Positions 51,561-64,000 of a DNA stretch of 64,000 bases are shown piece by piece. Below the pieces are notes generated by a model, which saw only the letters and a program-made list of their open reading frames with translations, was not told the DNA's origin and ran no database searches. The position numbers were made by a program, and so were the translations under genes. Origin of the DNA: Octopus vulgaris. Taxonomy: Eukaryota. Each line of letters opens with the position of its first letter. Positions within the stretch are counted from its first letter, which is position 1. The stretch covers positions 80,724,001-80,788,000 of the forward strand of contig OX597826.1 of assembly GCA_951406725.2 (NCBI GenBank), written 5' to 3'.

Positions 51561-52969
51561 TTTGTTACATGTTTTCTTTGAATTATATTCCCTTTGCTCT
51601 TCTTTGTGTCTGGAATTTAAACTTATTGATAAGAACTTATATCACTTCCTCGTCTCGCCCTTATTTGCTGGTGAGTCACTGCAGTTTCGAATTACATTCA
51701 TTTTCTCACGAACTTTGCCTTGTGCAGCTATTCATATTTTGGTTACACATTATATGTGTGTATGTATGTACGTGAGTGTGTAAGTGTGTGTGTATGTGTG
51801 TGTGTGTGCGCGCGCGCGCGTGTGTGTCTGTGTAAGCATATATGTGTGTAGGTTAACATGCACTTAAGTGTGGTAAAAAAGTGAAAGTAAATTGTGATAG
51901 AAATCGGAATCGACGCTCGTGAAATCCCATTTACTCTTTGTATTTATTATATAACACAAAAACAAGATATCTAAAGAAACGACCGAATATCTTCCTCACG
52001 ATCTCTTAACCTATTTCTGTCATTTGTGTTCATAGAGAAACGATGTGAACGAAGTGACTCTTGTCCAACATCGTCTCTTGAGTTTCTTCTTGGCCAGCAT
52101 CCATCGGCTTCGATAGTCTCTGTGTATGGATGCCCTCGTCATTGGATTAACAAAATTCAAAGAACGGTTCACAACTTCACAACTATAAATGTGGCCTAAA
52201 CTAACATAGGAAACCCACCAATTGAATATCCAACGCGCGTCTCTAGGGTTTTCACTGGTGTTGCTGGATAATCCACGTTGCAGCGGTGTACCTTGGCTGC
52301 TATTTCAGAAATGCTTAGACCACCACCAGAAAGTATCATATCACTAGGTGCACCGGAGTTTATGGAATTATAGGATTTAATTACCGTTGCTTCCGACGCA
52401 ATTTACTTTCATTTTTTACCAAACTATGCTATATTAACTATACATGTTCACACGCGCACACACATATACATACACACATACATACATACATACATACATA
52501 CATACATACATACATACATGCAGAGCTGTATGTATGTATGTATGTATGTACGTATGCATGCACTCTTTCACACTCACTCAGAAATGTGTTATTTACATAT
52601 ATCCTGTCGATATTTCGATCGATTTAATTGCAGCCATGCCTCGTGTATGTGTGTGTGTATGTGTGTGAGCGTGCGTGCGTGCGTGTAGGGCTGGTCATGT
52701 GTGCGTGTGCGGGTACTTCACGTGTGGTTGTGTACGTTTTCCTATTTCCTCATTCTATAAGAAGACATTCAACGTTTATCAGCTGAGAAGAAAATATCTG
52801 TAGTCGGTAGGAAAGCGGCTGATCCCCCCCATCCACTCCAAAAATACATTCAATGACCATCAGTGTGACAAGAATAATTATTGAAATTTTGCAATATTAG
52901 ATGTTCTTACGCTATTCGCAAGCAAGTTAATGGACGAGTCTATGCGATCGCTTCATTTACTAGAAATAT

Positions 52970-53190
52970 ATTTCTTTACTACCCACAAGGGGCTAAACAC
53001 AGAGAGGACAAACAAACGGATTAAGTTGATTACATCGGCCCCAGTGCGAAACTGGTACTTTAATTATCGACCCCGAAAGGATGAAAGGCAAAGTCGACCT
53101 CGGCGGAATTTGAACTCAGAACGTAACGACAGACGAAATATCGCTAAGCATTACGCCCGGCGCGCTAACGTTTCTGCCATCTCGCCACCT
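52970..53190 (-). mobile_element. Family B SINE with LINE-like tail, low divergence
   Basis: Full head and centre; tail TGTGTTTAGCCCCTTGTGGGTAGTAAAGAAA. Confidence 0.88.
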
Positions 53191-54814
53191 TATTTACTAG
53201 AAATAGTTGCCCAATTCTCCTTAATTCGCAACATAACGTTTTAAAAACAGAAAGAACAATGAATACTGTAGTTCTGGTAGTGAGTTCGATTCCCGGGCTG
53301 AGTCGAGCCGTGCTGCGCTCTTGTGCAAGACACTGTATTTCACGTTGTTACATATAGTTCGCTCAGCTGTAGAAATGAGTTGCGACGTCACTGGTGCCAA
53401 GCTGTATCGGCCCCTTTGCTGTTCCCTTTGATAACATCAGTGGCACGAAGAGGGGAGGCAGGTATGCATGGGTGATTGCTGGTCTTTCATAAAAAACAAC
53501 ATTACCTAGATTTGTGCCTCGGAGGGTAACTGTCTAGGTGCAATCCCGTGGTCATTCATGACTGAAGGGGATCTTTCCTTATGCGTAACAGCAGAATGGA
53601 ATTGTCATGACTCGAATGTTTTGGTAAAAAAATTCTGCTCGATGAGGACTGGCCTGGGACTACAAAACAACGTCAACGACAACGATAATAAGAATAACAG
53701 AAGAACGGTGAAGTAGCAACCTTGAATGAAGAAACCTTTAATCATAGACTTTCCAGCTTCCAACCGTAGCCGTCTGTCTTATTTAAAGCGTCTTTCCATT
53801 TTAAAAGCAGCAGACTTGGCGCGAATTAGATGTTATTTCTGGTGGGTCGACCGATCACATAGACGCCCTCCCGTTGACTCGCTAAAAGCTCGGTCATCTA
53901 GTCATGGATTGGTACTTGATGCCATAACTAAATGTTGCACAGCTTTGTCACGAACAGGATTTGCTGCTTGTGAGTGGAAATGTCTTTCTAGGGCTGCGTG
54001 TGGAAGTAATTAAGAACGCTCATGAAAGGAATTAACGCTCATGAACATTTAACAAGATTTTGTCACTGTGTTTTCTGTGTTGGTCCTTTAACAAAAACTA
54101 ACAACAATTTCGCACCGAGAGAGAGAGAGACATACTACTGGGAGTTATGACGATTAACTGATATAGCAATCCGTGACTGGCCCATTCACAACTGGGAAAT
54201 AATTGTGCTATATTTATGGCGACAAAATCTCTGTCTTCTATCTGCCATTGGTTGGTGGTAAATGAGAAAGGAGACGTCGAGAGGCTGTCTGAACATTCTT
54301 GGATCACCGCCAAAAGCCACCTTTATATAGGGCTCAGTGAGAAAGTTCTAGAGAGTCGAATCAACGATGGCTTGACGCTGATTGATTGCTTAATCGGCCG
54401 ATCACGTGAAACTACTGCGCTTTGGTCGTTATGTCTACTCGGCTAACAAGCGAGTCGGTTTCGAATCTGCTACACTATTTAAACAAAAGTTCCTCAAAAA
54501 ACGATTCGACCCTAATCTGGGGTTGCCTGTGAGGAGCCAATGAGGATCGAAAAAGGGGTCATGCTTGGCAAAATTTGCCGTGTTTTATTAAATTAAGATG
54601 GGTTTAAACTTTTAAAATTGTCCCCTGGCACTATGACACTATCCTGACGTAAGCTCATTTCTGATTTTTCATGAAAGAGGTGGGATTGCGTAGCTGGGTA
54701 ATATGAAGTTTGCTTCCCAAACACATGGGTCCGGGTTCAATCTTCTACAATAACTTTGGACCGACCAAAGCCCTGAGAGTGGATTTGGTAGGTGGAAACT
54801 GAAAGAAGCCCGTC

Positions 54815-54904
<90 letters not shown>

Positions 54905-56188
54905 ATATATATATATATATGTCCTGTCTCTCACTGTTATATATTTATTTTTCCACTGTTTATATATATATTTTTTACTGTTTATATGTTTGTACTGTCG
55001 TTACCGTCTTGCTTTTTTTACCCCTCTGCGACAAGATCTCAGAATTTTAATTGATTTGCTTTTCGCAGGAAGGAATTTTTCATTCGAAGTATACGTCTCG
55101 CTTTTATCCTTTGAAACGTTTAGTAGATGAAACTTTAGCGACTGAAGAAGGGGATTTTTCGTTGTGCTTATTGTCCTGTATCTCCTTTTTTTGCTTGTCT
55201 TGTTCCTTGGTTTGTGTCTATGTTTTTCGTCTCTCTATGTGTTCGACGTCCTTTTGGTGTCCTGTACACATATATGCGTGTATATGTACATGTAGAGGTA
55301 GGTACGTACATATATGTTTATATATATGCATATATTTTATTAACATATATATATATATATATATATATACGTGTGTGTGTGTGTGTGTGTGTGTCTTGAC
55401 AACTGTATTAGTGTGTTTACGTTCTCGTGACTGCGATTCGGCAAAAGAGCCCAATAGAATAAGTACTGGGGGGTTTAAAAAAAGTAAGTACTAGGATCGA
55501 TTCATTCGACTTGAAATTCTTCAAGGTAGTGTCCCAGCATGACCGTAGTATAAAGACTGAAACAAATGAAGGATAAAAGATAAAAATAGTCGTTTGATCA
55601 CCTGGAAATAACAAACACATCACCTTAAAAAAAATTGCATTGGTTGTTGTAGCCGAGAGAACGCTATAAGAAAAAGGCGGGACAGTCATGGATGGACAGA
55701 TCATAGATTTGTCCAATTGGAACCGACTCGGGGCTAAATAAAACATCTATCAGCAGCGTCACCAAGAATGACGATTCAGGAATTTTTGCCACTAAACACG
55801 GGACGTCATGGAGCGTGGCAGCAGCTCTCAGCCTACGATTAGCGTATAGCATGGTGGTTGTTGTTATAGGAGTGGTAGTCGGAGGCTTGTGTCTTCAAAT
55901 AGTGAAACCATCTGTTCTAAATCTATTTCACATTTTCGGCTCTATTTATAAACAACATTCACAAACGCTGTCATCCAAAGTTATCAGGGGTGTTCTACAA
56001 AACATCGATCAAATTAGCTTTCTTACTGTTTGTTTTTTGTTTTGTGTTGTTTGTATTTTTCCTGTTCCACATATCCTATTTCATTAACCCTGTTCACACG
56101 CCTGAACACACACAGACACAAACATCTGTGTATGTATGTATGTATGTATGTATGTATGTATGTGTGTGTATATATATATATATATATA

Positions 56189-56896
56189 CACCACTTCACC
56201 CTACGTGGATACCCCCTCACCACTATCCACACCGCCCTTGCCAGAGCACGGTCCGTGGACCGTGTATCTGCTCTCTCTCCCCGAACCCGCCCTGTAGTCT
56301 CCCGCCTCCCTTTTCCCCTCACTTACCACCCCACGACCCTACGTCTCCAACGCACCATTCTTCGAGCTTTCCGTCATCTCCAGTCCGACCCGTCCACTTC
56401 ACACCTCTTCCCTAACCGACCCCTCCCCTCTTTCAAACGAGCCCACAACCTTCGAGACCTTTTGGTCCATAGCTCCTTCCCTGACCCTACCTCCCAACCC
56501 GGCTCGTTCCCCTGCTCCCGCCCACGTTGCCGCACTTGCCCTTACCTCTCCAACACCACCCGCCTCACTAGCACCCACCATCGACCCTATCCCATCATCC
56601 ACTCCTTCACCTGCACCTCCAGCAATATTATCTATTGCATCTCTTGCTCTCTCTGCAATTCCTTGTACATCGGACAAACGGGACGCCGCTTGGCTGACCG
56701 GTTCGCGGAACACCTTCGTGACATCCACCTTGCGAACGACACACCGGTCTCACGCCATTTCCGCTCCACCGGTCACTCCTTGCAACACCTATCTGTGTTC
56801 GGTTTGTCCTTACACAGAGGCCATCCGGATTCCCGTTTGCGCCGTGAACAGGAATTAATCTTCTCTCTTCGCTCTTATACGCCATTTGGTCTCAAC
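56189..56896 (+). pseudogene. PLE polyprotein fragment (GIY-YIG endonuclease domain), no start codon or RT core
   Basis: Homologous part of ORF 56030-57205. The upstream portion of that ORF is microsatellite and the downstream portion is pyrimidine-rich low complexity. Confidence 0.9.
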
Positions 56897-57743
56897 TCTC
56901 CCCCTCCTCATCTAACCCCCTCTCCCCCTCCTCACCTATCCTTTCTCCCCCCGACCCCTACTTCTTCAGTCCTTCATCCTTTCACCCCCTACTCCCCTTC
57001 CCTTCTTCCCTCTTTCTCCCTCCCTCTTCCCCTTCCCTCTGCTCCCTCACTCCCTCTCTCCCCTTCTCTCTCCCCCTCTCCCTCTTTCCTCCTTCATCCC
57101 CCTCATCCCCTTCCTTCTCCCCATCCTCTCCTCTCCCCCTTCTTCCCCTCCCCTTCTCTCCCCCTCTTCTCCCCCTCCCCCTCTTCTCCTCACTACACCA
57201 CATGACTTTACACATCACATCACATATGATGTGCCATACTAATACACACACCAACTAATACATACTAATACGTACTAATACATACTAGTACATACTAATA
57301 CTTACACCAACCCTATACATACACACGTCCAGACCCCGCATACGCACTTATACTCTCTCTCACACACACACACACACCTATACATACCAATACGTACTAA
57401 TACATACTAATACATACTAATACATACACCAACCCCATACATACGCACGTCCAGACCAATCTTACGCACTAATACTCTCTCATACACACACACACACACA
57501 CACACACCCTTATACATACTAATACATACACCAACCCTATACATACACACATCCAGACCCCTCCCACGCACTTTTAGCTGGTCCCTCAACCCACTTATCA
57601 ACCCTATTATCTCCCCTTATTTCGCTCTCGCGTCTCATGTTTGATCTTTGACCTCTGGCCGAAATCAGATCGCCATGTTGATTCGTTAGCTACTGCACGC
57701 ATTTTTTTCTCTCCTTCTTTCTGTGTTTTTCTCTCTCTGTGTA

Positions 57744-57781
57744 TCTTTCTGTTGAAGAGCGTAGGCTCGAAACGTTAAAGA
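57744..57781 (+). ncRNA. Minimal type I hammerhead ribozyme variant in PLE 3' region
   Basis: TCTTT-CTGTTGA-A-GAGC(gtag)GCTC-GAAAC-GTT-AAAGA: stems I and II pair, palindromic ACGT stem III. Core has A6>U. Confidence 0.7.
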
Positions 57782-57879
57782 CTTGTTTTATTTATATTTC
57801 CTGAGCGCCATACTAATACAATTGTTCGTTTGTTTTCCACCTGCCTTCGTCTTTTGTTTATTTTCATAAAGCTTCCCGT

Positions 57880-57915
<36 letters not shown>

Positions 57916-57962
57916 TACATATACATATGCATATACATATATGCGCACATACACCTACACAC

Positions 57963-57995
<33 letters not shown>

Positions 57996-58086
57996 CATAT
58001 ACGCACACATTCATGCATACATATATACATACAAATATATATATATTATTATATATTATATTACATTATATTATACTATATTATAT

Positions 58087-58132
<46 letters not shown>

Positions 58133-58439
58133 ATAATATGATATAATATAATATAATATAATATCAATAATATATAAATATATGCATATATTTATATTAT
58201 ATGATCGAACGCCACGCATCCTTTTCCGAGTTTTATCTATCTATCTATCTGTATATATATATATATAGAGAGAGAGGGGGGGAGGGGGGAGAGAGAGGAG
58301 GGAGAGAGAGAGAGAGAGAGAAAGATAAATGCGTAAACAGGATCTATTCAAACAAATTAATTAAAAAATCAGTGATTGAGATGGAAGAGATCCCGTAATT
58401 ATACCACCCAGGTCACACATTTCAAACTGTTGCAATATA

Positions 58440-58646
58440 CAGTAATCCGTCGACTGTTGCGGGTGTTACGTTCCAAAACCTCGCACAGAAATAATTAATA
58501 CCTAAAACAATATAAATACCTATCGACCGCAGAAACCCGCGATATGCTGAGGATTCCGCGATATAAAATTTATTTATATAAGTCAGGAAAATCCGCGATG
58601 TACTGAGTGCGCGATAGGTGAATCGCGATGTGGCGAGGGATTTCTG
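58440..58646. mobile_element. pogo/Tigger-like MITE
   Basis: Termini TA|CAGTAATCCGTCG ... CGAGGGATTTCTG; internal CCGCGAT motifs. Confidence 0.6.
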
Positions 58647-58778
58647 TGTATGCAAATGCGTGTAGAAATATGCATGAAAGTGTAAGCACTCTAGCTGTGG
58701 TATCTGCATATAATCAGATACTTATCGCATTATACGGATCCATGGCAAAAATATGTAAGCGTATATAAATGGTTGTAA

Positions 58779-58936
58779 TTGGCTGTGTGGTAAGTAGCTT
58801 GCTTACCAACCACATGGTTCCGAGTTCAGTCCCACTGCGTGGCACCTTAGGCAAGTGTTTTCTGCTATAGCCTCGGGCCGACCAAAGCCCTGTGAGTGAA
58901 TTTGGTAGACGGAAACTGAAAGAAGCCCGTCGTATA

Positions 58937-59008
<72 letters not shown>

Positions 59009-59200
59009 CGTCTCTCCACCATCACTTGACAACCAATGCTGGTGTGTTTGCGTCCCCGTAACTTAGCAGTTCGGCAAAAGAGACCAATAGAATAAGTACG
59101 AGGCTTACAAAAAATAAGTCCTGGGGTCGATTAGTTTGACTAAAGGCAGTGCTCCAGCATGGCCGCAGTCAAATGACTGAAATAAATAAAAGAATAAAAG
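58779..59200 (+). mobile_element. Family A SINE, near full length
   Basis: Head, core, (TG)n, second module. Confidence 0.9.
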
Positions 59201-59593
59201 AATTTATACAAATAAACCTAAGCTGTCGGCGAGATTACATACGGTTATCACTGCACGGTATCCGACCATTTCATTTATTGGAGATAACACAACAGGAGAC
59301 ATTGGCTAAGCTTGAACGAGGCTAATCTTTTTCTTCCCTTTCTTCATGTCTTTGCTTTGAATGAAAAAAGGCCTCCATTTTTTAAAATAAATTATGCGTA
59401 TTTATTGGAACGATCGCCAAATTGATCATCATATTGCTATTTTGTGATGTTTTGACGAATCAGTCCCCATATGCACTGTGAAAGACCGTTTACACAGTGC
59501 GTAAGACTGAATCAATACTTGCAATGTAAATTGATGAAACGATTGCAAACAATGCATTGGAATCAATATCGCAATCTCCATTGTTCAACGTTT

Positions 59594-59642
<49 letters not shown>

Positions 59643-59688
59643 TACACACACGTATCTTTGTATGCGTATGTGTGTGTATAGATAGATA

Positions 59689-62190
<2,502 letters not shown>

Positions 62191-63039
62191 GTTTCTTTAT
62201 TTGCTACTATAGTGATTAAACGAAAGGACGTGAGAGCAGCTTCTCTAAGCAATGTGAGCTTTATTTTATCGATCTTGAAATGAATTAAGGGCAAAGTTGA
62301 CTGCAACCAGATATAAACTCAGAATTTTAGAAAATCACAGACATTTTGTTCGACGCTCTACTGATTTTGCTAATCTACCGTGAATGTGTGAAATCTGCTC
62401 CTGACTCAAGTGGGTGTTTATAATCCAATGAAACCGTTTGTTCCAATATTTCCCGAATAACGCTGGAATGGTAGAAACAGCAAATTACCAGCGAAATTAC
62501 TTCTGTGAAAAACCTTTTTACTGGGTTCGAATATCTCTCAAACATATTCAAACTGGTATCTACTTATGAATTTACTACGGCGTGGCTGCCAAAGTGCGCC
62601 GCCAATAATTAATTTGATTGTTTGGAGGAGGGGGGGTGGCTTATTTTTCTAATTAGAGAAACCTAGTTTGTTAGTTCAGAGCTGCTTCTCTTTGGTATCT
62701 GGTGCTGAGGAGAAGATAGCCACTTCGAAATGCATGCATCCAATATTCCAAAAAGCGACGCTCTGAACTCACCATAGTGTTCTTACACCATTTTATCTTC
62801 AGCGACAATATTTCTCCATGTCAAACTACAGCGAAAGCCTTTTTTCGGGTTCAAATATCTTTCAGCATGTTTGAACTAACATCAAGTTACAGTATTTTAT
62901 CTCTCTCTACATTTTCAAAATTCAAAGCTCCACTTTGGCGTGCATCCATTCGATGGTTCTTAACTCTTATTTATTTATTCTCGTGTTTCGATATATTTTT
63001 GTTTCTTCACATTTTGTCACATTCTTCGTTATCTTTTAT

Positions 63040-63430
63040 TTTTACTTGTTTCATTCAATGGACTGCGTCCATGCTGGGGCACCACCTTGAAGAATTTTAA
63101 TCCAATGATTTGGCCCCAGTACTTGTTTTTTAAGGCTTGGTATTTATTCTGTCTGTGCCTTTGTCAAACTGCTTAGTTCCGGGGACGTAAACACACCAAC
63201 ACCGGTCATCAAGCGGTGGTAGGAGGCAAACACAATCACAAAGACACACACGCACATATATATATTCGACGGACTTCTTTCAGTTTCCGTCTACCAAATC
63301 TACTCACAAAACTTTGGTCAAACTGAGACTATAGTAGAAGACACTTACCCAAAGTGCCATTCAATGGGACTGAACCTGGAACCATGTGGTTGGGAAGCAA
63401 GCTTCTTACCAAACAGCTACATCTGCGCCT
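63040..63430 (-). mobile_element. Family A SINE
   Basis: Both modules recognisable. Confidence 0.82.
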
Positions 63431-64000
63431 GCCAGTTGATTCTTTGTTATATTCTGGGTTCTTCACAATTTATCTTAATACTGACTCTTCGTTTTTGTTC
63501 AAACCTGATTTCCAGTCGTTGGCTCCACACTCAGATATCTGTTCACTTAAGATCCGGCTGGGTTAACGGTTCGTTTTGGTCGACCACATGACACATGATC
63601 ATGGTAGACAAGGAGACCTTGACTGACTTGGACCATTCGCTCGGGAGGACCCGGAAATATACTGATAAATGGTGTATGCAGCAAAGCGTTGTTTTTTTCT
63701 TTCTTTTTCTACTGTTTTTTGGTTTTGCATTTAATTCTTCGCTTTGTTCATATTCATAGTTGTTCCGCTGACATATTGTTTATTCCACTTTGTGTAAATT
63801 TTTAATTCTTCTTCTTTAATTAATTATATTCTTCGTCTTTCATATTTAGATAAACTCATCATTCTTCATCATAGTTTATATTCTTAGTTTTGCTCGTTCA
63901 GTTATGTATTTTTTTTTTCCTTCGTAGTTTATCATTCTTCGACGAAAAACGTTCATATCAGAATATAATCGCATTCTTAGTAGAATTCTTTTGCTGTCTT

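Larger units (their letters stand above)
56189..57880 (+). mobile_element. 5'-truncated Penelope-like element (Neptune-type): RT C-terminus, Cys linker, GIY-YIG endonuclease, 3' UTR/pLTR with hammerhead variant
   Basis: Open frame with F..RGYP, LTYHP, NLRDLLVHS, CSRPRCRTC linker, FTCTSSNIIYCISC..C..LYIGQTGRRLADRFAEH, PVSRHF, RLRREQELIFSL....PFGLN. Flanked by (TA)n on both sides; hammerhead-like fold at 57744-57781. Confidence 0.93.

Noticed and set aside
55135-55180. CTGAAGAAGG motif in a TA-flanked repeat
   Set aside because: No downstream GAAA box or stem II partner.
62400-62960. Possible coding exon or LINE remnant
   Set aside because: Stops in all plausible frames and only vague resemblance to RT C-termini.

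Overview
AT-rich, repeat-dense eukaryotic DNA. The SINE families and microsatellite load look like octopus/cephalopod; this is an inference from recognised repeats, not a search. Only one host coding segment is recognisable: the first coding exon of BLTP1/KIAA1109 (minus strand, 35019-35235), with a CpG-rich promoter/5' region at ~36.2-36.8 kb and an intron that apparently runs >35 kb off the left edge. Almost all other ORFs in the track are microsatellite or SINE artefacts. The rest is mobile DNA: at least four SINE-like families, a 5'-truncated Neptune-type Penelope-like element (PLE) with an intact GIY-YIG frame, CR1/RTE/Tx1 LINE remnants, mariner, pogo, piggyBac and hAT non-autonomous elements, a Helitron, a Helentron-type element, and a 36-nt U2 snRNA retro-fragment. 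The most striking signal is about a dozen type I hammerhead-ribozyme folds of several families. These include a palindromic element joining a tRNA-derived Pol III head to a hammerhead tail (a candidate PLE-mobilised ribozyme-SINE) and a cluster of three hammerheads plus a long hairpin at 39.8-40.4 kb. Repeat boundaries were read by eye and are approximate.
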